This document shows, in pieces, positions 1-8,481 of a stretch of 64,000 bases of DNA. The notes under the pieces are model-generated. The model worked only from the letters and a program-made list of their open reading frames with translations. It made no database searches and was not told where the DNA came from. A program made the translations under genes and the position numbers. Numbering within the stretch: position 1 is the stretch's first letter; every line of letters begins with the position of its first letter. Source of the DNA: Actinomycetes bacterium (GTDB lineage: Bacteria; Actinomycetota; Actinomycetes; Actinomycetales; SCSIO-59966); assembly GCA_046566185.1 (NCBI GenBank), contig JBKHXE010000021.1, positions 2,053 through 66,052 of the forward strand, read 5' to 3'.

Positions 1-1578
1 GTAGTTCGCCAGCACGGCCGGCCACCAGGCCCACATCTCGTTGACCTGCGAGGGGAACTCCACGAAGTCCCGCGGCACCGTGGTGCCCGAGAACCGCGGG
101 TACGTGACGTCGGAGAGCAGCCCGTGCAGGGCGTGACCGAACTCGTGGAACGCCGTGTCCACCTCGTCGACGGTCATCAGCGCAGGCTCACCGCGCGGCG
201 GACGAGGCACGTTGAGGTTGACGACGACGACGGGGCGCTCGTCGAGCAGGTGCGACTGCTCGACGTAGCTGCTCATCCAGGCACCCCCCTGCTTGGTGTC
301 ACGGGCGAACCAGTCGCACAGGAACAGCCCGAGCGCCGAGCCGTCCGCGTCGTGCACCTCGAACACGCGGACGTCCGGGTGGTAGACCGGCAGATCGGGC
401 CGCGGCGTGAAGGTCAGCCCGTACAGCCGGTTCGCCGCGTGGAAGACGCCGTCGTGCAGCACGCGCTCGAGCTCGAAGTACGGGCGCAGCTGCGCGCCGT
501 CCACCGCGTACCGCTCTGCGCGCACCCTCTCGGCGTAGTACGCCCAGTCCCAGGCCTGCAGCGGACCCTCCTCGCCGTCCGCGAGCAGGGCCCTCTCGAG
601 CTCCGCCGCCTCGGCCCGCGCGTTGGCGACCGCAGGGCCCACCAGCGAGCCGAGCATGTCGAGGACGACGTCGACCGAGCCGGCCGTCTGGTCCTCCACG
701 ACGTAGGAGGCGTGGTCGGCGTAGCCCAGCAGCGCCGCGCGTTCCGCACGGAGCCGGACGATCTCGGTGAGCAGCTCCCGGGTGTCGGTGCCGTTGCCCC
801 GCAGTCCGCGCGTGACCGACGCACGGTGGATCCGCTCGCGCAGGGCACGGCTGCGCAGCGACGCCAGCGCCGGCTGCCCGGTGGGCAGCACGAGGGTCAG
901 GAGGTAGCCGTCGAGGCCACGACCCCGGGCCGCCTCGGCCGCGGCTGCCACCGCGTCCTCCGACAGCCCCTCGAGCTCCTCGGCGGAGGTGACGTGCACG
1001 GCGAGGTCGTTCGTCTCGGCCAGCAGCCGGTGGCTGAACGTCGCGGCGAGCGTCGAGAGCCGCTCGTTGATGGCTCGGAGCCGCTCCTGCTCCGCCTCAC
1101 CCAGCGCCGCGCCGGCCCGCCGCACGTCGGTGCGGTACCGCTCGAGGAGCCGAGCCTGCTCGGCGTCCAGCCCCAGCTCGTCGCGGCGCGACCAGAGGTG
1201 CTCCAGGCGCTGGAGCAGGCGTGGGTCGAGGGAGATCGAGTCCTGGTGGGCCGAGAGGCGCGGCGCCAGCTCCTCCTCCAGCGAGCGCAGGGTGTCGCCG
1301 GCGTGCGAGCTGGTGAGGTTGAAGAAGGTCCGGCTCACCCGGCTGAGCAGGGCGCCGGAGCGCTCGAGGGCCTCGACCGTGTTGCCGAACGTGGGCTCCG
1401 CCGGGTCGGCGAGGACCTGCTCGACCTCCCGGCGGTGCTCGGCCATCCCGACGTCGAAGGCCGGCCCGAAGTGCTCGTCGGCGATCCGGTCGAACGGCGG
1501 CAGGCCGTACGGCAGCGGGCTCGCTGCGGCGAAGGGGTTGTCACCGTCCAGGGCCGCGGTGGTGGCGTCGTGAGGCAT
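1..1578 (-). CDS. dcp: M3-family zinc metallopeptidase (peptidyl-dipeptidase Dcp / oligopeptidase A-like); C-terminus runs off the left edge
   Basis: Not in the ORF track because no stop lies in the window. Reading the minus strand from ATG 1578..1576 gives an open frame to position 1 (MPHDATTAALDGDNPF...). The frame encodes FHEFGHALH (HEFGH at 133..147), the zincin motif in the context typical of M3 peptidases. Confidence 0.85.
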   Translation of the reverse strand, partial: MPHDATTAALDGDNPFAAASPLPYGLPPFDRIADEHFGPAFDVGMAEHRREVEQVLADPAEPTFGNTVEALERSGALLSRVSRTFFNLTSSHAGDTLRSLEEELAPRLSAHQDSISLDPRLLQRLEHLWSRRDELGLDAEQARLLERYRTDVRRAGAALGEAEQERLRAINERLSTLAATFSHRLLAETNDLAVHVTSAEELEGLSEDAVAAAAEAARGRGLDGYLLTLVLPTGQPALASLRSRALRERIHRASVTRGLRGNGTDTRELLTEIVRLRAERAALLGYADHASYVVEDQTAGSVDVVLDMLGSLVGPAVANARAEAAELERALLADGEEGPLQAWDWAYYAERVRAERYAVDGAQLRPYFELERVLHDGVFHAANRLYGLTFTPRPDLPVYHPDVRVFEVHDADGSALGLFLCDWFARDTKQGGAWMSSYVEQSHLLDERPVVVVNLNVPRPPRGEPALMTVDEVDTAFHEFGHALHGLLSDVTYPRFSGTTVPRDFVEFPSQVNEMWAWWPAVLANY

Positions 1579-1663
1579 GCACGGCAGCCTGCCACGCCCG
1601 CCTCCCGGCGTCGCCGGGGAACGCCGGACGGCGCCGCGGGCCCGTCAGCCCTACCCTCGACGG

Positions 1664-2131
1664 GTGGCGCACCCCCAGACCCCGGGCGGCGCCGCGGGGC
1701 CGGACCGACCCGCGGCGTCTCCTGCGCGCCTCCCCGTCTTCCAGCACACGGTCACCGACGACCGGCACGCACTGCGCGAGCTGCGCCGTGACCTGCACTC
1801 GTGGCTGCTGGACAAGGGCGCGAACGGGCGCACGGCGGACGCCGTGGTGCTCGCCTGCTCCGAGGCCGTGGCCAACGGGCTCGAGCACGGCCTCCAGGGC
1901 ACCCCGGACGCCTCGGTGACCGTGCGCGGCGTCCTCGACGCGGGCACGCTCACGCTGCGCGTCGAGAACCCTGGCGGCTGGGACCGGACCCCGAGCCAGA
2001 GCTACCGCGGCCACGGGCTGCTGCTCATGGAGCGGTTGATGGACGCCGTCGAGGTCTCCACGGGCGCCGGCACGGTGGTGACCATGCAGCGTCGGCTCTC
2101 CCCGGACGGCACGGCGGGCCCACGTGCCTGA
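1664..2131 (+). CDS. RsbW/SpoIIAB-like ATP-binding protein (anti-sigma factor kinase-type HATPase domain)
   Basis: ORF 1577..2131. The C-terminal ~130 aa (DDRHALRELRRDLHSWL, AVVLACSEAVANGLEHG, LRVENPGGW, GHGLLLMERLMD) resemble HATPase_c_2 anti-sigma kinases. ATG 1577 abuts the divergent dcp start, so GTG 1664, the last in-frame start before the domain, is preferred. The start is uncertain. Confidence 0.6.
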   Translation: MAHPQTPGGAAGPDRPAASPARLPVFQHTVTDDRHALRELRRDLHSWLLDKGANGRTADAVVLACSEAVANGLEHGLQGTPDASVTVRGVLDAGTLTLRVENPGGWDRTPSQSYRGHGLLLMERLMDAVEVSTGAGTVVTMQRRLSPDGTAGPRA

Positions 2132-3062
2132 CCGCTCCCCCGCCCTCGGCTTCGGCCTGCCGGTCTCCGGCTCCTGGGCCGGCCCGACGACGCTTCGGGA
2201 CGTCGCGGAGCGGGCGGAGGCCCTGGGCTATGCGTCCCTGTGGACCTTCCAGCGCGTGCTGTCCCCGGTGGGTGCGCCCTGGGGAGAGGCCTACCGGTCG
2301 GTGCTCGACCCGGTGGTCTCCCTCGCGCACGTGGCGGCGGTCACCCGCCGAGCCCGGCTCGGGGTGGCGGTGCTCAACGCGCCGTACACCCCGGCGGCCC
2401 TGCTCGCGAAGCAGCTGGCGACGCTGGACGTCGTCAGCGACGGACGGCTGGACGTCGGCCTCGGCCTCGGCTGGGCCCACGAGGAGTTCGTCGCGCTCGG
2501 CGTACCGGAGGAGCGGCGCGTGACGCGGCTGGCCGAGACAGTCCGCTGCCTCACGGCGCTGTGGGCCCCGGACCCGGTGCGCTTCGACGGGCAGCTCGTC
2601 ACGGTCCCACCCAGCGAGGTGCTGCCCAAGCCGGTGCAGCGGCCGCGGCCGCCCGTCCTGCTCGGGGGCACGGCCGAGGCGGCCCTGCGGCGGGCCGGGC
2701 GCATCGCGGACGGGTGGATCAGCGCCAGCCGGCACGACCTGCGGCGGGTCGGCGAGGCGGTGTCCACCGTCGGCGCGGCGGCGCAGGACGCCGGGCGGGA
2801 CGCCGCCGCCCTGCGCTACGTCGTCCGCGGCGTGGTGCACCTCGGGGAGGAGCGACGGTCGCGGGACGGCGACCGACGTCCCCTCACCGGCGGCGCCGAG
2901 GCCATCCGCGACGACCTCGGCCGGCTCGGGGAGCAGGGCGTCACCGAGGTCTTCCTGGACCTGAACTTCCACCCGGCCGTCGGCTCGCCGGACGCCGACC
3001 CGGGGGCGTCCCGCGACCACGCCGAGGAGGTGCTCGAGACCTTCGCCCCCGGCCTCAGCTGA
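2124..3062 (+). CDS. LLM-class (luciferase-like) F420-dependent oxidoreductase
   Basis: ORF 2124..3062. GTG 2124 overlaps the upstream stop (GTGCCTGA). Family-typical strings are present: [78 protein letters not shown]. Confidence 0.85.
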   Translation: MPDRSPALGFGLPVSGSWAGPTTLRDVAERAEALGYASLWTFQRVLSPVGAPWGEAYRSVLDPVVSLAHVAAVTRRARLGVAVLNAPYTPAALLAKQLATLDVVSDGRLDVGLGLGWAHEEFVALGVPEERRVTRLAETVRCLTALWAPDPVRFDGQLVTVPPSEVLPKPVQRPRPPVLLGGTAEAALRRAGRIADGWISASRHDLRRVGEAVSTVGAAAQDAGRDAAALRYVVRGVVHLGEERRSRDGDRRPLTGGAEAIRDDLGRLGEQGVTEVFLDLNFHPAVGSPDADPGASRDHAEEVLETFAPGLS

Positions 3063-3282
3063 CGCGGATCTCCTCCGCACCCTCGACGGAGACGACGTCA
3101 CCGCGCCGCACCTGCCGTCCGCGCCGGTCCTCCGGCTCGCCGTTCACCCGCACCAGCCCGGCCGCGAGCAGGTCGCGCGCGTCCCCGCCGGAGTCGACCA
3201 GACCGGCCAGCTTGACGAGCTGACCGAGCCGGATGCTGTCGTCGCGAATCGGCACCTCCCGCACGACCGGCAGGCTACTCAC
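3055..3282 (-). CDS. small S4-domain RNA-binding protein (YbcJ-like)
   Basis: ORF 3055..3315. IRLGQLVKLAGLVDSGGDARDLLAAGLVRVNGEPEDRRGRQVRRGDVV is S4-domain-like. GTG 3282 is preferred over the first start, but this is uncertain. The 3' end overlaps the convergent LLM gene by 8 nt. Confidence 0.7.
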   Translation of the reverse strand: MSSLPVVREVPIRDDSIRLGQLVKLAGLVDSGGDARDLLAAGLVRVNGEPEDRRGRQVRRGDVVSVEGAEEIRVS

Positions 3283-3366
3283 GTCGGTCGATGACCGCGT
3301 AGGTGCAGCACGCACAGGGACCGCCCACCGTGTGCGGGCGGGCGGCCCCTGTGGCTCGCGGTGACG

Positions 3367-5088
3367 TCAGTGCGCGGCGCCGGGTGGCGGCCCCTCGCGC
3401 TCGACGTCCTCGAGGTGCCCCTCGGCGTGGGCGGCCACGAGCCGCGTCTTGCCGGGGTAGCGGATCTCCTCCACCAGCTCCTGCATGAGCGGCGAGGGCT
3501 TCGTGGTGAACTGCGACACGACGATCGTCACCACGAAGTTGATCAGCATGCCGACGGTGCCGAAGCCGGTCTCGGGGATGCCGAGGATGCCGGCGCTGTT
3601 GCCGTAGATGTCGATGGTCCACAGCATGTAGAGGAACGTCGTCCCCAGGCCGGCGATCATGCCGGCCGCGGCGCCGGCCGCCGTGGTCTTCTTCCAGAAG
3701 ATGCCGAGCACCAGGATCGGGAAGAAGCTGGCGGCCGCCAGTCCGAAGGCCAGTGCCACGACCTGGGCGACGAAGCCCGGCGGGTTGATGCCGAGGTAGC
3801 CGGCCACCACGATCGCGCCCGCCATCGCGATGCGGCCGACCATCAGCTGTCGGGCCTCGCTCGCCTGCGGGTTGATCTTCTTGTAGTAGACGTCGTTCGC
3901 CACGGCCGACGAGATGACCAGGAGCAGGCCGGACGCCGTCGACAGGGCCGCCGCGAGACCACCGGCGGCCACGAGGCCGACGATCGGGGCGGGCAGACCG
4001 GCGATCTCCGGCGTGGCGAGCACGATGATGTCGTTGTTGATGACGAGCTCGCCCGCCTCGCCGGGCACGTAGTCGATGACGCCGTCGCCGTTGAGGTCGT
4101 TGAAGGTGATGAGCCCGACGTTCGCCCAGTTCGTGAACCACTCCGGCACCTGGTCGGCCGGCGTGCCCGCGATCTGGTCGATGAAGTTGTACTTGCTGAA
4201 CACGCCGATGGTGGGCGCCGTCAGGTACAGCAGGGAGATGAAGAACAGCGCCCACAGCGCCGAGAACCGCGCCGCCCGAACGCTCTTGGCAGTGTAGAAG
4301 CGCACGATGACGTGCGGCAGGCCGGCGGTGCCGAACATCAGCGCCGCCGTGATGAGCAGCATGTTGGCCATGCTCGTCTGGGTGAACGCGTCGGTGTACG
4401 CGGCGAACCCGAGGTCCTGCTGCAGCCCGTCCAGCTCGGAGACGAGCTGGCCCCAGCCGATCTGCGGCACCGGGATGCCGGTCAGCTGCTGGGAGATCGC
4501 GAACGCCGGGATGAGGTAGGCGACGATGAGCACGCTGTACTGGGCCACCTGGGTCCACGTGATGCCCTTCATGCCGCCGAGGACGGCGTAGAAGAACACG
4601 ATCACCATGCCGATGACGACGCCCGCGGTGGTGTCGACGCCGAGGAAGCGCTGGAACACCACGCCGACACCGGACATCTGGCCGGCGACGTAGACGAACG
4701 AGATGACGATCGCGGCGACGACCGCGACGAGCCGGGCGCTCTCGTTGTACCGGTCACCGACGAAGTCCGGGATCGTGTACTTGCCGAACTTTCGCAGGTA
4801 GGGGGCGAGCAGCAGCGCCAGCAGGACGTAGCCGCCGGTCCAGCCCATGAGGAAGACGGAGCCGGCGTACCCGTTCTGCGCGAAGGCGACGAGGCCCGCC
4901 ATGGAGATGAACGACGCGGCGCTCATCCAGTCGGCGGCGATCGCGGCCCCGTTCGCCGGGGCGGGGATGCCGCCGCCGGCCACGTAGAAGCCCGAGGTGG
5001 TGCTCACCCGGCTGGCGTACGCGATGTAGATGTAGAGCCCGAAGGTGATGACGACGAAGACGAGGGTCCACAGCTGGATGTCGTTCAC
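3367..5088 (-). CDS. sodium:solute symporter family transporter, large subunit (ActP / VC_2705-like)
   Basis: The 3' part of ORF 3367..5427 is a multi-helix SSF protein (GFYVAGGGIPAPANGAAIAADWMSAASFISMAGL, GLPHVIVRFYTAKSVRAAR). The 5' 113 codons of the ORF are Arg/Pro junk. GTG 5088 overlaps the stop of the upstream small-subunit gene (GTGA). Confidence 0.9.
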   Translation of the reverse strand: MNDIQLWTLVFVVITFGLYIYIAYASRVSTTSGFYVAGGGIPAPANGAAIAADWMSAASFISMAGLVAFAQNGYAGSVFLMGWTGGYVLLALLLAPYLRKFGKYTIPDFVGDRYNESARLVAVVAAIVISFVYVAGQMSGVGVVFQRFLGVDTTAGVVIGMVIVFFYAVLGGMKGITWTQVAQYSVLIVAYLIPAFAISQQLTGIPVPQIGWGQLVSELDGLQQDLGFAAYTDAFTQTSMANMLLITAALMFGTAGLPHVIVRFYTAKSVRAARFSALWALFFISLLYLTAPTIGVFSKYNFIDQIAGTPADQVPEWFTNWANVGLITFNDLNGDGVIDYVPGEAGELVINNDIIVLATPEIAGLPAPIVGLVAAGGLAAALSTASGLLLVISSAVANDVYYKKINPQASEARQLMVGRIAMAGAIVVAGYLGINPPGFVAQVVALAFGLAAASFFPILVLGIFWKKTTAAGAAAGMIAGLGTTFLYMLWTIDIYGNSAGILGIPETGFGTVGMLINFVVTIVVSQFTTKPSPLMQELVEEIRYPGKTRLVAAHAEGHLEDVEREGPPPGAAH

Positions 5089-5363
5089 GAGTGGTGCACC
5101 TCCTCCTCGTACTCGGTGATGCCGAACTCGTCGTCGAGCTTGTCCATCCGCCAGACGTAGATGGCGATGAGCACGACGAAGGTGAGGATCGAGCCCTGCT
5201 GGGCGAACCAGAACCCGAGCGGGACGCCCAGGATGCTCAGCTGGTTGAGGGGCTCGACGAAGACGATCCCGGCGCCGAAGGACACCAGCGCCCAGACCGC
5301 GAGCAGAACCGCCATGAGGCGGAGGTTTCTGCGCCAGTACGCCTGGCGCTGCGTGTCGTCCAT
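5085..5363 (-). CDS. DUF4212-type small membrane subunit of the sodium:solute symporter
   Basis: ORF 5085..5363, 92 aa with two hydrophobic helices (MDDTQRQAYWRRNLRLMAVLLAVWALVSFG...ILGVPLGFWFAQQGSILTFVVLIAIYVWRMD). It sits immediately upstream of the SSF gene and is translationally coupled to it, the known arrangement for this family. Confidence 0.85.
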   Translation of the reverse strand: MDDTQRQAYWRRNLRLMAVLLAVWALVSFGAGIVFVEPLNQLSILGVPLGFWFAQQGSILTFVVLIAIYVWRMDKLDDEFGITEYEEEVHHS

Positions 5364-5624
5364 GGAGGTCTCCCAGGTGTGAGAAGGGCCGACGCGGAGA
5401 CAAACAAAGGCGCGGCACCAGGGTCAAGGACGCGCGGTGACCTGGCTCACAGCAATCGGCGGACGGTCGATGTGTCGCGCCCAGCGGTCGAGGGGGACCG
5501 TTCGGCCCGTTGCGCCCGGCGACCCGCCTGCGTGGTGCCTGCGCGGGGGACCGCTCGGCGCACGCCGACCGCCACTCATCGCGCGGTACGCCCCGCCCCG
5601 GTGACGCCCGTCTACCCTGCCGGG

Positions 5625-6032
5625 ATGGACGCCGTCACTGCCCGACCCGCCGCGCGACGACCGGCGCGGCGCCGCAGCCGCGCGAGCCTGCACGTCCTCG
5701 GCGCCGCGCTGATGATCCTCGTCGGCGCGTTCCTGCCCTGGGTGTCGACCGCGGCCGGGACGGTGCCCGGCGTCCGGGGGGCCGGCATCTGGACGCTGTA
5801 CGCCGCCTGTCTCGGCATCGCCGGAGCCATCGTGAAGGCCCCCCGGGTCGCCGCCGCCCACGCCGCCCTGATGGGGTCGGTCGCGGTGGTCCTGACGCTG
5901 TGGCAGCTGCTGCACCTGGTCGGCCTCGTCGGTTTCGGCGGGTGGCTGCCCGGTCCCGGCCTCGTGATGACGTTCGGCGGCGGTGTCCTCGCCGCGTCCG
6001 CCGCGGTGCGCCTCTGGCGTCAGCGCCCGTAG
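5625..6032 (+). CDS. hypothetical integral membrane protein
   Basis: The last 135 codons of ORF 5091..6032, from ATG 5625, give an Arg-rich N-terminus followed by four hydrophobic segments (LHVLGAALMILVGAFLPWV, IWTLYAACLGIAGAIV, LMGSVAVVLTLWQLLHLVGLVGF, VMTFGGGVLAASAAV). No family was recognised. Confidence 0.5.
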   Translation: MDAVTARPAARRPARRRSRASLHVLGAALMILVGAFLPWVSTAAGTVPGVRGAGIWTLYAACLGIAGAIVKAPRVAAAHAALMGSVAVVLTLWQLLHLVGLVGFGGWLPGPGLVMTFGGGVLAASAAVRLWRQRP

Positions 6033-8110
6033 CGGACCTCGTCGACGCGGTCGCGGAAGGTCTCCCGCGTCGCCTCGACCGCCTCGCCGAGTGTCGTCAC
6101 CCCACGCCGCCTCAGCAGCGCGAGCAGCCCGACGAGGACCTCGCCGGTCACCAGCGCGTCGCCCAGGGCGGTGTGCCGACCCACCACGCTGACGCCGAGC
6201 CGCTCGGCGATCGCCTCGAGCGTGTGGTCGTCGTGGTCCGGGTGCAGGGCGGCGTCGAGCAGCAGGGTGTCGAGCACCGGCTGGTCCAGCCGGACGCCCG
6301 CGGCGCCCTCCGCGGACCTCAGGAACCTCAGGTCGAAACCGACGTCGTGCCCCACGAGCACCGTGTCGCGGGCGAAGGCCGCGAAGGCCGGCAGGACGTC
6401 GGTCAGCCGCGGCTGGCCGGCCACCATCGCGTCCGTGATCCCGTGGATGGCCGTCGAGGCGGCAGGCACGGGCCGGCCCGGGTCGACCAGGCGCTCGAAC
6501 GTCTCGTGCCGCAGCAGCCGGCCGTGTACCACCCGGACGGCGGCGAGGGACACCACGCGGTCGCCGGCCGCGGGGTCGAGGCCGGTGGTCTCGGTGTCGA
6601 GCACCGTGAACGACAGCTCGTCGAGCCGGCGCTCGTGCCAGCCGTCCGCCTGCGGCCGCGCCGAGAAGAGGTCGAAGTCGTAGTACTCCGGCCGGCTCGC
6701 CGGAGTCCGGCGCCCCGTGGCCGGCGCGACCGGACGGCGTTCGGACGCCGGCAGCAGCAGCCGCACGTAGGCGGTGCCCCCGACGTCGGTGGCCGACCAG
6801 ACCTCGCCACCGTGCCGGTCGACGACGTCCCGCGCGGTCGCCGACCCGGGCCCGGCGAGCGGCTCGGCCGACCACTGCGCGAAGTCCGCCATGGCGGGAG
6901 GGTCGCCGCGCCACCGCAGGTCGAGCTGCACACCGTGGGCGCCCTCGGCGAGCGAGAGGGTGACGTCGTCCAGCACGACCCGCTCGCGCAAGCGGGTCGC
7001 GAGGTGGACGAGCACCCGCGAGACAGCGTGCCCGTCCACCCGCAGCCACGGGTCCTCGGCCACCGGCGCGAGGCGCACCGGCAGAGCGCCGCGCCCCAGC
7101 TCCTGCCCCAGGAGGGTCAGCAGGTCGGCACCGGTCATGTCGGTGCGCACCCGGTCGTCCGTGGGCTCGGCCCACTCCGCCGCCCAGCCGTCGACACGGG
7201 AGCCGAGCCGCTCGGCCTCGTCGTGCACGATCTCCAGGAAGCCCCGCCGCTCCTCGGGTCGGAGGTCGGGGAAGTCCAGGATGCTCTCGACCGCGGCACG
7301 GATGCTGCCCAGGGACGCGCGCGTCGCCTCGGTCAGCTCCCGTAGCCGCGCTTCGCGCCGCTGGCCGGCCCGCACCTGCGCCGTCAGGTCGTCGAGCACC
7401 AGCACGAAGCCCGAGGCGGCGTCGGCGCCGGGGTCGCGGACGAGCGCGACCCGCACGTGCAGCAGCCGATCACCCCGCACCGTCGTGGCGGCCGGCGCCG
7501 GCTCGGTGCCCGAGCCGATGCGGTCCATCGCGTGGGTGACCAGACCCCGGTCGACGATGCCGAACACCGACCGGCCCAGTCCGAGCAGCGTGTCGTCACC
7601 GACCACGTCACGCGCTGCCTCGTTGTAGAGCAGGATCCGCCCCTCGGTGTTGCAGACCACCACCGCGACGCTCAGCTCGGCCATCAGCGCCGCCAGCCGG
7701 TTCCGCTCGGCCTCCACCTCCCGCCGGGCGACCGCGACCTGCCCCGCCACGTCCCGCTCGGCGGCCTCGCGGCGCTCCGCCAGCCGGTTGACCGACGCGG
7801 CGAGCAGGTACAGCTCCCCGGCACCCACGGGGTCCAGGCGCAGCGACGGGTTCACGTCGACGATCACCCGGGTCTCGGCCGCCAGCCGGCGGGCGGTGGA
7901 CGACGTCCGGTCGAGCACGCGGGCGAGCGTCAGGACGAGAGCCCCCACCGCGACGACGGCGAGCACCGCGACGGCGACCGGGTCGGCGCCGACGGCGACG
8001 AGCGCGGCGAGCCCGGTCGCGGCGACGACGACGCACGCCGCGACCGCGACGACGGTGAGCCACTGCCGACGCCGCAGGTCCAGGGGCCGCAGCGCCGTGC
8101 GTCCGGGCAT
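6020..8110 (-). CDS. membrane-anchored HAMP/PAS - degenerate histidine-kinase-like module fused to a DEDDh (DnaQ / Pol III epsilon-type) 3'-5' exonuclease
   Basis: ORF 6020..8113. ATG 8110 shares one base with the upstream stop (TGATG). The N-terminus has 2 TM helices, followed by a PAS-like region (VVVCNTEGRILLYNEAARDV). The DHp-like stretch LRELTEATRASLGSIRAAVESIL has no His at the phospho-acceptor position. The C-terminus carries the exonuclease motifs FTVLDTETTGLDP, LVGHDVGFDLRFL and HTALGDALVTGEVL. Confidence 0.85.
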   Translation of the reverse strand: MPGRTALRPLDLRRRQWLTVVAVAACVVVAATGLAALVAVGADPVAVAVLAVVAVGALVLTLARVLDRTSSTARRLAAETRVIVDVNPSLRLDPVGAGELYLLAASVNRLAERREAAERDVAGQVAVARREVEAERNRLAALMAELSVAVVVCNTEGRILLYNEAARDVVGDDTLLGLGRSVFGIVDRGLVTHAMDRIGSGTEPAPAATTVRGDRLLHVRVALVRDPGADAASGFVLVLDDLTAQVRAGQRREARLRELTEATRASLGSIRAAVESILDFPDLRPEERRGFLEIVHDEAERLGSRVDGWAAEWAEPTDDRVRTDMTGADLLTLLGQELGRGALPVRLAPVAEDPWLRVDGHAVSRVLVHLATRLRERVVLDDVTLSLAEGAHGVQLDLRWRGDPPAMADFAQWSAEPLAGPGSATARDVVDRHGGEVWSATDVGGTAYVRLLLPASERRPVAPATGRRTPASRPEYYDFDLFSARPQADGWHERRLDELSFTVLDTETTGLDPAAGDRVVSLAAVRVVHGRLLRHETFERLVDPGRPVPAASTAIHGITDAMVAGQPRLTDVLPAFAAFARDTVLVGHDVGFDLRFLRSAEGAAGVRLDQPVLDTLLLDAALHPDHDDHTLEAIAERLGVSVVGRHTALGDALVTGEVLVGLLALLRRRGVTTLGEAVEATRETFRDRVDEVRYGR

Positions 8111-8481
8111 CAAGCGTCCCCGGCGAGCAGACGGCCGACGAGGTCGACCAGGTCGCGCGTGGAGAACGGCTTGGTCACGTACGCGTCGGCGCCGACCGCG
8201 AGGCCCTTGGCCACCTCGGGCGGGCGGCCCTTCGCGGTCAGCATGACGATGCGCAGGTCGGTCTGCCCGGACGCCCGCAGCTGCTGGCAGACCTCGAAGC
8301 CGTCGCGGCGCGGCATCATCGTGTCGAGCAGCACCAGGTCGGGTCGGAAGCGCTCGACCTCGGCCAGGGCCTCCTCACCGTCCCGGGCGACCGCGGTCTC
8401 GAACCCCTTGCGGCGCAGGATGAACTCGAGCGAGGTCACGATGTTCGGCTCGTCGTCGACGATGAGCACCCGGTGCGCCAT
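8110..8481 (-). CDS. single-domain response regulator (receiver only, no output domain)
   Basis: ORF 8110..8481, 123 aa. RVLIVDDEPNIV...PDLVLLDTMMPRRDGFEV...IVMLTAKG...GADAYVTKPF is a canonical CheY-like receiver. The start shares a base with the kinase stop (TGATG). Confidence 0.9.
   Translation of the reverse strand: MAHRVLIVDDEPNIVTSLEFILRRKGFETAVARDGEEALAEVERFRPDLVLLDTMMPRRDGFEVCQQLRASGQTDLRIVMLTAKGRPPEVAKGLAVGADAYVTKPFSTRDLVDLVGRLLAGDA

Noticed and set aside
124-1791. A 555-aa plus-strand ORF overlapping the dcp region.
   Set aside because: The product is Arg/Pro/Gly/Val-rich junk. The opposite strand encodes a clear M3 peptidase with HEFGH.
5089-5427. The N-terminal 113-codon extension of the symporter ORF. 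Analogous 5' extensions occur in the ORFs for recD, recB, modC, the helicase, the GH1 gene, the LacI gene, the FAD/Rieske gene and the 604-aa protein.
   Set aside because: The extensions are Arg/Pro-rich and overlap the preceding gene. Internal starts that form ATGA, GTGA or TGATG junctions with the upstream stop give sensible N-termini.
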